Origin: Octopus vulgaris
Taxonomy: Eukaryota
Direction: 5' to 3'
NCBI GenBank assembly: GCA_951406725.2
Contig: OX597832.1
Span: 13,268,001 to 13,332,000, forward strand
DNA: 64,000 bases
In this document: one piece after another, positions 13,201 through 26,946 of the stretch
How the letters are laid out: each line of letters opens with the position of its first letter
How positions within the stretch are numbered: position 1 is the first letter of the stretch
Notes under the pieces: generated by a model
Database searches by the model: none
Seen by the model: the letters and a program-made list of their open reading frames with translations, nothing else
Told to the model about the DNA's origin: nothing
Translations under genes and position numbers: made by a program

Positions 13201-13670
13201 TGAATGGGAACGTTGTCTATATGTAAACATTGTCTATCGCGAACCAGCATTGAAATCTGGTAGCAAAGCGGGCCTGAAATACACCGAAGAAGTCTATCTA
13301 GTCAGATACACTAATAGTGGTGTAGTCCTCTGGTGTCGAAAAATAAATTCTAAATCCTCGTTCACATGTAGTGCTCTTCAATGTCTGCATTTTCCGTAAT
13401 AGGGGCCCTGAAAATACACAGTGAAGTGACGAGATCAGACAAATTTTTATGATTCTATCGGGTCCAGTATTTCATCGACATGGAAAACATGAAAACCAAT
13501 GATACTCTTGACGCGTTTTGAACTGAAAACATAAACAGCCATATGATTTATCACATGCTGTTTTGTCCGACTCTCTACCGATCCGATTCACCAATAAATA
13601 TGACATCGACAACAACATCACTACCAACTATGGCACCACCAAAAACAACAACAACAACAACATCAATAAT

Positions 13671-14083
13671 GGATCTTTTCGGTTTGAACGGCAGTTTTTA
13701 ACATAATTTCTAAGTAACTAAAAATTTTAAACTTCGTATACTGGTAGAATGTGTTTATAAAACATCTTTTTATCTTGGCTTTATTCAGAAAATTCTATAG
13801 TTTCAAAAATATTTGTTGTTTTTTTTTCTTTAATTTCTGCAATTTCAAACAATCAATGACGTCTATTGAGTTAAAAAGCAGTCTGTGCCGTATGAATATG
13901 GCCCTTGTTTTAGAAACAGATTGGGTCTATTTACATTTGTGCAGAAAAAATACCCTTCCCCCACCCCTAACCCTAACCCTAAAAGAGATTGAAATGCAAT
14001 AGATCGATTCTAGGGTCATAATTATGGGTGACAATTTCATATGACACCGCTAGACAAAACTGCCGCTCAAACCGAAAAGATCC
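13671..14083. mobile_element. MITE / non-autonomous DNA transposon
   Basis: ~28-bp TIRs GGATCTTTTCGGTTTGAACGGCAGTTTT / AAAACTGCCGCTCAAACCGAAAAGATCC; internal (CCCTAA)3; related partial copy at ~53065-53330. Confidence 0.85.
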
Positions 14084-17000
14084 TAAATAGTAATAAATCA
14101 TTTTGCTATAGGAAAAAATCTTGAAGTTTTAGGATACAGGGCTAGTCAATTGCATCAGTCCATTTGGTCTACTGGTACTTTATTTCATCAACCCCGTAAG
14201 GCCAAGTAAAGTCAAGCTCTGCAAAACTGGAATTCAGAACTTAAAGACGAATGAAATACCACTAAGTATTTTGTCCGGTGCGCTAAAGGTTTTGGCAGCT
14301 CTCCTCCCTCTTAAGAACAAAACAACAACAACGGGGAAGATGATGATAATGATGGTTTCTAATTAAGGTACAATGCAACATTCTACAAGTCAATATTATC
14401 GACTTCCGAAATATTTTACTGGTATTTTATGTTATCGATCTCTGTGGTATGAAAGGAAAAGTTTCCTTCCGCAAGTAAGATCCCAAAATTTTCTGTGAAG
14501 TGCTACCGGATAACAATATGGATGTGAATGCCTACGACTTGTGGTTGACTCACAAATAACACCTACTTCAGTCTGAAAATTCCACAAACGTTCTATAGTA
14601 TACAATTTCTTTCTCGATATTTAATTCGGTTTTAATTTTTATTAATCAAATGTTGGAACATGTATCCCAAAATCATTTCCAGATCTATTTGAGAGCAAAT
14701 TGGAAAGAGATAGTGCATTATACTATTCACTACTGAAATTTATTCTAATTTTCATACATATTTCTTCCAAACTGGACGTTTATATTTAAGCTGTAATCTT
14801 GCTAAGTATACTTGGACTTTGAAACCGCTATAGTTCCACGAGGGCTTAAAATTCTATATACAAACAATGGTCCAATCCTACATAGAAACTTACGTCAGCA
14901 CTTTAGTCTTTTCTCTAGAGACACGATATAGTAACTATAATACTTGATGAAGCAGTCAAGCATTTTATCAACTTGTAGTTTACTACTAAAACTTGATTAA
15001 TGAGAAAGGGGAATAGACGTGACAAAACTTTAAAACGTATGACCTAACACATAAAAGTTTTTGCCTATCTTAAAAATAAGAAAACGTGTATCCATTAAGT
15101 AGCAACAGCATTTTCCCTTGATATTTGTTTTTCTTTGAGAATTATTACCTCCTCAACTCTTATATATTCAATAAAAACACTAAATGCTTATTGATACTCG
15201 CGGACAGTATGATGTTTATTAATTCTGAAGCATTAGGTTCTATAACATTCCCATAACATAATTACACACGTCACGTAATCATTTCGTATTATCTGTAAGA
15301 GGTATTCTCTCATAATGACAGTTACTGCATTCAATAACTTTCAGATATATTTCATCAAATTTGCGAATGTAATTATTTGGATAAACGTAAAGAACTGTAA
15401 GTTGGCAGAATTTGTGGAAAGTTAGGCTAAATCTCATACATTTATTTACTTTCATCCCTCTACAGTCACATTGCAAATCCTGCCTGGCTGGACTTTGACA
15501 TACACTCTTCTGAGGTTCATACGCTAATTAGCAGGCATGTAGTAGGTCGACTTATTTGATTTTGGACATTCACTGCAAAATCTGAAGCCAAGGCGAATGT
15601 GATAAATCATTGTACAGAGAGAAGCGAAAGAACAAATTTTAACTATAGTAATATTAAAAAAGAATACAAAAAATATAAAAGATTGCCTGACTAAAAGCAA
15701 ACTATTATTAGATTCATCCATTTACTGCTGAGTTCAAATGTCGCTTAAGTCGTATTCACTTTTTCAACGACCTTCTTTCCATGTAGGAAATCAATAAAAC
15801 TGTTCGAGTCACAATGCATTGACAAAATATGTACAACGCCTATCATTGTTCTCAATATACATTTCCATTTTTTAATTTCTAACTCTTAATGCTGAGATTG
15901 TTGATCATAAACTTTGTAATTCCGAAGGCAGGAATATAATCTACAGCTAATGAGAGACATTTAATTTGCCGTACTCGCTCAGAGTTGCTGTGTGTCATAG
16001 CTGGTAAACTACCCGATTTTAGTTATGAACTTTTTGAGAAATGCACTCACCGAAATTAGGTTTCTCTTCCAATTTTCTGGGCGTCGTTATGACAAATACT
16101 ATCATAGTATTTGATTAAATTGACACACACCAGATAAAAGTTTGTTGCAGTCAACTTACGCGTGAAATCTATACAGCAACAAAACAGTTGTAATGATTTA
16201 CAGTATTGAAAACATAAACGCAGCCACTGTTACATAAATTGCAGCTCTGTCTCTCTAAGAAATGCACACTTCCATTTTAGAAATGGTTACAAAATATTAG
16301 ATAATAAATCCTATGCATATATCATGTCCAGCAGGGATGGTCACGGCTGGAATAGCTTTGATCATACCTCTGCTAAGAGAGCCAATCACATGAGGCTAAG
16401 CAGATGAAAACAAGAATAGCTTATGACAACTGATTACACCACCATCACATTCTGCTTTTCGTGTCCTTGAAAGGTTAATTTCTGCTTTGATTTTATTCAA
16501 ATCGTGTTTGATAAGATCAGTACCTGTAATATACTAGGAGACAGAATTATTATTTGCTCTATTTTCCTCACAAATGTGTGTCTTTATGCCATTCTCAGAA
16601 ATCAATATTAGTATTATTAAACTGTTTTCTGAACACAAAGTTTTCATTTTATGACAAGCGTTTAAAACATAAAACGCTAAAGGGAGGGATTATAATTACG
16701 TTTCTATTTGGATGACTGTTCAAATTACATGATTAACATAGTTCGTTCGTATTTATGGCTTTTAAAAACCTCATTAGCAATGTTACTAAAAAAGATGGAG
16801 GTCAGCCAGGTGAACTTAAGAACGCTCTAGTGCATGACAACCAGATCCTGTAGTAACTAACTATACTAAAATGTTTAATCTCTAGTCACACGTGTAAACC
16901 TTTCCCGCCTTTGATACAAACGACATTTGTACGGTTATTGCAGGCGTTATTTTAGTGGCAATGATTAAAATTCTATTGAAATTACATGAAATTTGTTTTC

Positions 17001-18011
17001 TGACAAATAGAAGGGAAACAGCCATTTGACATTTTCGTTGTTGCGAAAAACATAATACAGACGTTAATTCTTTGAAAATAATATCATTACTGAACACGGC
17101 AAGCATCTAAGAGAGATCATTGAATGAATTTGTATAAACCATGATTAAATGCTTAGAATTTTAAAGACTAAATGAGGTGAACATAATGTCCTTTCGAGGT
17201 GCGTATATTTGTGCAGCATCGTGAATTTCACACGTCATGGCTGTTTGTACAAGTCATGGTTGTTTGTCAATTGTAACTAAATAGTAAAGAAAAGAATGAT
17301 ATTAACGTCTTGGTGATTTGCATTCACTCTAATGAGGTATAGAGTTCTTCAACCAAATTCAATAAAGAGAAACTTTTAACTTCTCAAATGTTTTCATCTC
17401 TGAGTATGACCAAGACACTGGAATCATATTATCATAGACATTTGAAGTATTGAGTTAACAAACAATTTAGGAGTAATGTAAAATTTCTCATTTCTTCACT
17501 GTCTAAATTTCTCACAAGTTAATGTGAAATTTTACACTTGATTTTTATTCAATTGTAAAAGCAGTGACCTATTTTAAGAAACTTGGTTCATATTAATAAC
17601 TTCGGAAATATGAATAAAGTAGGTTAATTGCTCTGCTGTTTCGTTTCAAAAATTAAATGAGATTTCATGTAATAGATTTTGTTATTTAGCTCCAAGTTAA
17701 TCATGACCGAGTAAACCTATGATCAGAAGCATTCCCGCCATGACCACTTCATCATTTTACTTTTCAGACAGACAATATTTATTACTGAGAACGGTATTGT
17801 TTAATTTGAAGATAATTTGACTGGTTTTATTCTCTCGAGTTAAAAGTGTGGAAGAACCAGCGTTAAAACATAAGCAGTAGTTATAGTATTATATATAGTT
17901 TTACACTTAAATGAATTGTCCGAAGCAGCGCACATATTCTTCTCATATATTAGCTATTTCGAGGAGAAGGAAATTCGTGTTGAACACATATTCCAATAAT
18001 ATAAAGCTCGT

Positions 18012-18700
18012 CAAGGCGGCAAGCTGGCAGAATCATTAACATGTCGGACGAAATGCCGCTAAGCATTTCGTCCGTCTTACGTTCTGATTTCGATATCCTC
18101 CAAAGTCACCTTTTAATTTGATCCTTTCGGGGTTGATAATATAAATACCGGTTGAATACTGGGATCAATGTAGTCGACTCGCCACCTTCCTCGTGCTTGC
18201 TGACTTTGTGACACAATTGCAAATCAATATTATACAACACATTAAGGCAGTAAACAGGCAGAATCGTTAGCACGCCTGGCAAAATGCTTAGCGGCAAAAT
18301 GCTTAGCGGCAAAATGCTTAGCGAGCTGGCAGAAACGTTAGCACACCGGGTGAAATGCGTAGCCGTATTTCGTCTACCGTTACGTTCTGAATTCAAATTC
18401 CGCCGAGGTCGACTTTGCCTTTCATACTTTCGGAGTCGATAAATTAAGCACCAGTTACGCACTGGAGTCGATACAATCGACTTAATCCGTTTGTCTGTCC
18501 TTGTTTGTCCTCTCTGTGTTTAGCACCTTGTGGGTAGTGAAGAAATAGGCATTTCGTTCGTCTTTATGCTCTGAGTTCAAATTCAACCAAGGTCGACTTT
18601 GCCTTTCATTCTTTCAGAATTGATGTGAGCTAGTATCGATGTAATCAATTTACTCCCCTGCCCAAAAATTGTTTGCCTTGTGACAAAATTAAAAATGATT
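18012..18700 (+). mobile_element. SINE family B cluster with a 15-bp triplication (GGCAAAATGCTTAGC, ~18278-18322)
   Basis: Family B head and core motifs repeated. Confidence 0.8.
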
Positions 18701-19328
18701 ATTACACAAATCTTCCGGTTTTTGAAGGAAGTAAAATGTTAAAAAAAATGAGACATCCACAGGAAAACAAGTCTGTTTGAAACGGTTTTAGATGTACCTG
18801 ATATTTCCTGTCAAATCACAAGATATTATAAAAGCTATTTGTTTTTGCTTTTTTAATAAATTTTTGTAAAACTATTAAAATCTAGACACTGTATATCTTA
18901 GAAGATACACAGGCTCGATCTGTTACTATTTATTTCCCAGTCACAACCAATTACAGTAAACACATGTTTATCTAACTCTCCAACTCTTTTCCGTAGGCTT
19001 AAAAAGGGAAAAAGAGCAGCAACCGGGAAAAGAGGGAAATTGAAGTGCCAACCGAAAGTGAAAGGAATGACGTAGTTAAACACACACACACACACGCACA
19101 CACACACATATCTTTGTACATATGTATGTATGTATATAAATGATGTTCTGTTTTCAGTTTCTGCATACCAAATGTACTCATAACGCTTGTGTCAGCCTGA
19201 GGCTATCGTAGGGAACACGTGTACGATGTACCACGCTGCAGAACTGAACCCGCAACCGTATAATTGTTTTTTACAACACAGACACGCCTGCAGAAATTTA
19301 TAATTTAATGTATACTATTACCCATTAC

Positions 19329-19590
19329 GTGGAGACGCGTGGCTTAGTGGTTAGGGTGTCAGCACCATGAACGTAAGATTGTGGTTTCGATTCCTGGACC
19401 GGGTGACGCGTTGTGTTCTTGAGCAAAACACTTCATTTCACGGTTCTCCAGTCCACTCAGTTAGCATAAATAAGTAACGCTGCGACGGACTGGCATCCCG
19501 TCTAGCTGGGGAATACATACGCCATAGAAAGCGGGAAACCGGGCCCATGACCCTGGCTAGGCTTTAAAAGGGCGCGAAGGAAGAAAAAAG
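19329..19590 (+). mobile_element. tRNA-derived SINE, family C head with an alternative tail
   Basis: GTGGAGACGCGTGGCTTAGTGGTTAGG..TTCGATTCC; TSD TTACCCATTA at 19318-19327 and 19591-19600. Confidence 0.85.
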
Positions 19591-21141
19591 TTACCCATTA
19601 TATCATCTCTTGATTTAAGCAATCATTTGTTTTTGCAATTACATGTAGTTCTTAATCACTCTGAATGAAAAATTACCATTATTGTTGGAGATCACTAATG
19701 CTGCAGCCCCAGTGAAAGGGTAGAATTTCTCCTGGTAATTAACAACACTGTACTCGCAGTGTAGAATTATATATGGACACATAAATATCGTCATAACATT
19801 GTGTGAGAAAGTATGATGAAATTTAGTCTCAGATAATGCTCGTATGTGAATGCCAACTCATATCAACCCTAATAGCCAATATGTTTTCTATACAATGTAG
19901 ATAATCTAAAGAACAACTAATATAATTTTTGCATTTCTAGATAACTATGTTATATTTCATGTATTGTTGACACAAATACCAACTAAACTAAATGTAATGC
20001 TGCAAGTTAACTTCATGATTTTAAATGATATTTCCTACTCACAAAATATCTATTCCACAACGCTGACATGGTAATACTAGGGTAAATAGTCGAAGATTCC
20101 TATCATAACTAAAACGTGAGTTATGTTAAGCATTCATAAATTATGACTTCAGTTACAAATCCTCATTCACCAAAATGTTAAACTCTGGTTTAGAAGTAAT
20201 ACCAAGTATCCCAGATTCTACACAATGACCATTAAATATACTGAAAAATTAATATTTTGTGTTAGATGCAAGATATGTAGTCGATAACATCAGCTCTTTT
20301 TTTGTCTAAATCTTAACTGAAATTTTATTCTATAAACTTGGAAAGAAATATAGTTTTTGCCATACGAGGCCTAATTAGACATTGTTATAAAAAAAATAAT
20401 AATACCTACGTACAATGAGCAATTGATTTTGTATTAAACCGGAAGGATGAGTCACAGTTAACGCGGTATTTTGTCAAGTAGACCTGCTGAAACTATATCA
20501 TACATATTTTATATTATGCAAACGGAAGATAGTATACAGTAAAATCAATTCCAATCAGTAGATTTGCTAACAAGTTAATCGATGAAATCTATTATGAATT
20601 TTGTATTGTGTATGAATTTTGTATTTTCAAATCAATGCACGTTAAAAGTATGACATGCAAGAATTCAACAGCTGTAATTGCATAACAGGACTCGCATATC
20701 TGATGAGACGTGTATTTGTTTATCTCAATCTCTTTTCGTATGCATCTCGTTTTATATGTGCTTCCATAAGTATATGCTTACACACACGCTGACATACACA
20801 TACACACAGAGTCACACACTGGTATGTATGTATATATACACACTCACTCACACACACACGCATATACGCACATAAGCACGCGCGTGCACACACAGAGGCA
20901 TATACATATACATTATGCATATATCTATAACTAAAATTAAATATGCATATATTCGTGTGTGTTTTAGCAAGTGAGATTGTGAAATAAGTTAGCTGAATAT
21001 GTCTTGTAGAGAACGTTCATTAAATTATTGGCTTTTATTAACTTCGCACTACCGCAAGATTTTTTTTTTGTTTTTGCTAAGAAACATCTCGTTAGATTAA
21101 CATAACAACAGAATAAGATCTAGAATTCTAAATTATTTGTT

Positions 21142-21215
21142 GATGAGGTTCAGTACCTCATTAAGTCAGCGAGGTTCAGTGCCTCATTGAGCGATGAGGT
21201 TCAGTGCCTCATTAA
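21142..21215. repeat. Three tandem copies of the hairpin motif GAGGTTCAGT(A/G)CCTCATT
   Basis: Read directly from the sequence. Confidence 0.8.
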
Positions 21216-21429
21216 GGTGGAGAGCTTGCACAGTCTTTACCACTCCTGGCAAAATAGCATTTCCTCTGTCTCTACGTTCTGAGTTCAAATTCCACCGAGG
21301 TCATCTTTACCTTTAATCTATCTGGGATCGATAAAATAAGTATCTGTTCAGCACTGCAGTGAGTCGATATACTCGACGTATATCGAAAAGTACTTTAGGA
21401 ATGAAGATCGAGGTTCGAAATTTTCCCAA

Positions 21430-21475
21430 GACACCTGATGAAGGCTGGAGGATATATCAGCCGAAACGTTGTGTT
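21430..21475 (+). ncRNA. Minimal type I hammerhead ribozyme (same family as 7541-7587), within pLTR fragment ~21396-21525
   Basis: GACAC CTGATGA A GGCTG..CAGCC GAAA CG TT GTGTT. Confidence 0.8.
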
Positions 21476-22020
21476 AACAACAAACAAGATAAGTACAAAT
21501 ATCCGTCAAAAGTAAATAATGTGCATCTTTTAAGTAACAAAGCAATTTCAATATTTGCTGAAGCTGTATAAAATTGCTCTTCCATATAGAAGGGAATAAA
21601 TGTTAAAATACCAGTCAACATCAATTTGAAGATCCGAATGTTAAACCGGGATACGATATGCCTTTTCTCTTAAAGATAAATTACAAGATGTCTACGCAGA
21701 TTATGTGAAAGGATAATCTCATATTTCTGTTCATTAGGGAATATTTAAGTAATTTTTAAGTAATGGAAAAATAGAAATGACATTGTGACCATCTGGGGCC
21801 ATACAGTCTATCAATTACCGGTGCTGTCTCCAAAGAGGAAATTTCTCATCTACCATTTTGGTGTCACAATCAAATCGACGACAAATTTGAAAGACTGAAC
21901 TAAACATATCTATATTCAAAATGTTGTATAAACGCAACTCTATCACCGAAATGTCTTATTCATGATGTCTGGCACTCAAAAACTGCAGACCTAAAGATTT
22001 CTGTATACTGTCTTGAGTAA

Positions 22021-22185
22021 AGGCGTAGGAGCGGTTGTATGTTAAGTAGCTTGCTTGCCAACCACATGGTTCCTGGTTCAGTCTGCCTGCGGGACAACTT
22101 GGGTAAGTGTCTTTCCACTATAGCCTCGGGCCGACCAAATCCTTGTGAGTGGATTTGGTAGACGGAACCTAATAGAAGCCTGTCG

Positions 22186-22278
<93 letters not shown>

Positions 22279-22468
22279 GCGTGTATGTGTTTGTGTGTCT
22301 GTGTTTGTCCTCCCCCAACATCACTTGACAACTGATGCTGTTCTGTTTATGTCCCCGTAACTTAGCGGTTCCACAAAAGTGACCGATAGAATATCACTAG
22401 GCTTACAAAGAATAAGTCCTGGGGTTCGATTCCCTCGACTAACAAGTAAAAGAGTAAAAGAGAGTAAA
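22021..22468 (+). mobile_element. SINE family A with expanded internal (TA)n(TG)n
   Basis: Head AGGCGTAGGAGCGGTTG, tail AAGTAAAAGAGTAAAAGAG. Confidence 0.9.
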
Positions 22469-23243
22469 GGATTGAAATATTGTTCTACCATTGAAGACAG
22501 AATTACTTAAAATACGAATACCTTAAAAACATTGATTTTCATATCATGGACATAAATTCAATATATACCCAGATTAAGGACAATAACACAACTTTGACCA
22601 ATAATATTTGCAGCTTCAGGCAACTTTACTTCCAAAATTAAAAGGAAAGATTTTCTCATCAGTAACGATAAACTTCCTACATTTCCAACATATTATAAAA
22701 CAAACATGGAACCAGTCTTAAAATGACACCCGTTATATTAAAGGTTATCAGCCCACTCTATAAAATGTCCTTGATTCTGTTTCTTCAACATCTTTTAAAC
22801 AATTTTTATATTCTTTTACTGGTTATGTCGCCAGCTTAGACGTGGTAAAAGAGACACTATACTGGTTTCCTTCGGAGGCGTACGATCACAATATGTCTAC
22901 TTTCACTTTTGATGTAGTATTTCCTTACAGCTATGCAGCTATCATCGCATTTGTGACCAAATAACCGACTAAACTATCTATTAAATTCTCTACTCGCTAC
23001 GGTCACTCTGACACAGACATTCAGCAATTCACTAAATCCTTACCATCATTCTCGCAAAAACAACGTTTCAAATTTATTGAACATATTTACAAACAAACCG
23101 TAGTATCTAGTCTGTGATGCCAGCTTGTCTAACTTTCAAAAGCTACGTTGGTGACACACTTATACTCGCTTACTTCTTCGCTGAGGATAATTTTAACTTT
23201 CTTACATTGAATAATATTGATTCTTTACTGAGTTATTCTTTTC

Positions 23244-23510
23244 TTTGTTTAAGCCATTTGACTGCAGCCATGCTTGAGCACCGTCTTGGAGGGTTTTAGT
23301 CGAAGAAATCAACACTAGGACGTATTTATTTTAAGACTGGTTCTTATAATATAGGACTATTTTTGACGAATCTCTAAGTTGCCGGGATGTAAATGCACAA
23401 ATACCGGTTGTCAATCAGAGATGGGGGGTATAAAGACAGGCACGAAAATATACACACACACACATACATACGCATACATACACACGCATACATACACACA
23501 TACACACACA
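23244..23510 (-). mobile_element. SINE family A, 3' half, diverged
   Basis: CATTTGACTGCAGCCATGCTTGAGCACC..., followed by a CA-rich tract. Confidence 0.65.
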
Positions 23511-23771
23511 TTGAAATAATAATAGTAATTCTTGGACGGAATTTATAAATCACTACACGCATTTCCACAAGTCACATGTCTCTTAAGATCGCGGTCCGGA
23601 TTGCTGGGATGATTACAAAACCCATAAAATTGGTTTACGAGTCGGCATCATTAGACTGTGACCGCTATAATAGAATGAGATTTTCTATTTATATATTCAG
23701 AACCTTTGCCCCACCAAAATTTAAACGATACATACATACATATACATATACATGCATACATGTATATGCAT

Positions 23772-23846
23772 GAAGAAGAAGAAGAAGAAGAAGAAGAAGA
23801 AGAAGAAGAAGAAGAAGAAGAAGAAGAAGAAGAAGAAAAAGAAGAA
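23772..23846. repeat. (GAA)n microsatellite
   Basis: Read directly from the sequence. Confidence 0.95.
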
Positions 23847-24089
23847 GTACCACAATAACAAACGGAAGGAAGAAAGAAGGCGAAGGAAGAAAAGGGGAGA
23901 ATGACAAGAAAGTAAATGAAATCACGAAAATATAAATGTATAAATAAGAATTAATAATTAAAATTAAGACTAATATTAACATGAAAACAGTGTGGGGAAG
24001 ATTTAGGTCCATCAGTCATTGCTTGGCTGGTGTCTTCCTGTGGATTGTTGGGATGCCAGTTCCGGTGGTTTTGGTTTTAACTTTTTGTT

Positions 24090-24357
24090 CAGTTTCATTG
24101 AGTAGCTTAAAGAAAGGGAATATTTAAACTTTTCTCGCCTCACATCTTTCGAAATGATCACTGGACGTTGTGTTTCGAACGGAGGTGGGGGGCAGTGATT
24201 TGTTGCTTATGGACCCTTACTCTCTCATATAGTCCAATACCCGTTTCGCCACTGTAGCATTCTTTGCATTCGGGACATGTCACACAGAAGGTTAGGTTTC
24301 TGGATTTCTAATTCATATGTGCATTTATTTTAAAAGTGTTGCTGTCTTTGAACGTAA
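24090..24357 (-). pseudogene. PLE GIY-YIG endonuclease remnant
   Basis: Minus-strand translation SRNLTFCVTCPECKECYSGETGIGLYERVRVHKQQI...SDHFERC...IFPFFKL, with a stop and frameshifts; typical Penelope-type CxxC..Y.GET..R..H signature. Confidence 0.85.
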
Positions 24358-24480
24358 TATGTATATGTGTAGGTACACATACGTGTATGTAGGTATGCAT
24401 ATATAGGTGTGTACAAGCAAAGGTATAAAAGTCAAGAGACGTATATGTTTATTAGTTGTGTGTGTGTCTGTTTGTGTGTG

Positions 24481-24527
<47 letters not shown>

Positions 24528-24749
24528 CATCCCACCTGAGAGAACTGAACAGGTGACACAATAATAACCATTACTAAATTTTCCATTTGGTTATTCTGGA
24601 TAGACTTAAAATTCCCCTCACTGTTCTCTATTGCTATTAATCTTATTTTAAAATTGTTTGTTATTTATATATTTAGTTTTCCTTAATTTTGTTTATATTT
24701 TTGTTCTCCTTGCCTTTTATTACATTCTTTCTTTCTTTTGTTGTTATTG

Positions 24750-24840
24750 TTCTTCTTCTTCTTCTTCTTCTTCTTCTTCTTCTTCTTCTTCTTCTTCTTC
24801 TTCTTCTTCTTCTTCTTCTTCTTCTTCTTCTTCTTCTTCT
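24750..24840. repeat. (TTC)n microsatellite
   Basis: Read directly from the sequence. Confidence 0.95.
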
Positions 24841-26083
24841 CCTTCTCCTTTTTCTTCGTCTCCTTCATCTTCATCATCTACCTCTTATATATATATCAAA
24901 GGGATGTTTTATAATACTATTCCGCAGCTATATCAACAATCCAAAAATACTATTCCACATATATAAAACCAACCAAACCAACAACCCATTATGCCTCCAT
25001 CATCAGCTGCTCCGCGGATGTCACTATAGTTTCGAAATCTGGGCCGTACCATTCAAATCCGGCGTTGTCAACAGCACTAAAATGTTGTTTGGGAACAAGT
25101 AAACCAAAGAAACCATAACTTTCAAACACATTTACCCTATGTACAACAATATCGATATATAAATTCGCTAAGTAAATTACAACCACTCGTAAATAACAGC
25201 TACTCCTAAATGCGTAGCTGAACAGCGACAACTCTATTGAATCATACAAAAATTATAATCCCTATCGTCTTCCGTAGTGTAATATAAAAGTTAAAGCTTA
25301 ATAACCACATTATTTCAATCAATCAATATATAGGCAGGATTAAATATTAACTATAATAAAACTACAACAAGAGACATATAAACCAATGTACATTGTATTG
25401 GTATTGCTAGTAAAATGCAATAACTAAATTATATGCTAAATTGTGATCAATCTTTAAGTCCATATAAATAATAATCCCACCGGTCTTCCATAGATATTGC
25501 TATAATGAAAGTTCAAGCCTTATAAAATTTTTCCAAAGCAAATCACGATTGAAATTAATTTAACTAATATTATTATGAGTGAAATACATTATTTCATCAT
25601 TCCAAAGTTAATAATGGAACACTACATGCTCATTAATATATCGCCACTACAAGTTATACTATTAAATTGCCAGTGACCAATATTAGACTTAAATTTCATT
25701 AAATAGGAGCTAATAAAATACTTGTTATAAACCTTGTAATAAACTGATCAAATTGTTTAAAAGACAATAAAATCACAAATATTAAAACTACTAGTATTAA
25801 ATTTTACGTTTAATAAGACACGCGGTTACATCACCAACAGTTTAAAGGGCCAACTAAATATTTATGACGTAGTGCATAATTACCACGTTCTCAAATGTCT
25901 CAACATTGGTGAGGTAGTAATTAAATAACTCGAATCGTAAACCTTCAAATCCTTAGAAATATTTGCTTAGATGAAAACTAGACATTACCCCATATTTATT
26001 TAAAATTTCAAGATTTACACCTGAACAGCGGTTAAAAGTGTTAACCAACTTATCATATTTATACCCTTGTTTTACTAAATGTC

Positions 26084-26300
26084 TTAGCAGCTTTTTTTTC
26101 TTTCCAAATATTTATTACCATCATCAATAATAGTATTATATCTAAAGATTTGCCGAGCAAAAACTCCATAACCAATAAAAGAAGGAACTTTATTGCTGAA
26201 CCATGGCATTGAAGCCACTTGGGAACCGTAATTAGGAATAAATATATAAACTGTGAAACTGCAGCATCCATCAAGTTGTTTAAGCAAATCTGTCTTTTAC
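26084..26300 (-). pseudogene. PLE reverse transcriptase C-terminal (thumb) remnant
   Basis: SMPWFSNKVPSFIGYGVFARQIFRY resembles the PLE motif FP..SNIP....YGV..SQLIRY. Confidence 0.55.
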
Positions 26301-26324
26301 CCTAGCACGTAGGTCTTTATTGTT

Positions 26325-26368
<44 letters not shown>

Positions 26369-26587
26369 TATATTGTCCTGTACTCCATTTTTTTGTTGTT
26401 TTTAAAAAATGTCCAGTTCCTTTGGTTTGTGTCTATGTTTTCGTTTCTCTTTGTGTTCGACGTCCCTTTGGTGTCCTGTACTCATATGTGCGTGTATATG
26501 TACATGTAGAGGTAGGTACGTACATATATGTTTATATATATGCATATGTTTTATTTCATTTATTTATATATATATATGTGTGGACGT

Positions 26588-26892
26588 GCTGGAATATATA
26601 TATATATATATAATATATATATGTGGACGTGCTGGAATACCGCCTTTAGTCGAGCAAATCGACCCCAGGACTTATTCTTTGTAAGCCTAGTACTTATTCT
26701 ATCGGTCTCTTTTGCCGAACCGCTAATTTACGGAGAAATGAACAGACCAGCATCAGTTGTCAAGCGATGTTGGGGAGGACAAACACAGACACACAAACAT
26801 ACACACATAGATACATATATACAGTTGGACTAAACCCGGATCCATGTGGTAGATTAGCAAGCTACTTACACACAGCCATTCCTCTATATATA

Positions 26893-26946
<54 letters not shown>

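Noticed and set aside
13965-13982. (CCCTAA)3 as an interstitial telomere
   Set aside because: Only three units, and internal to a TIR-bounded MITE.
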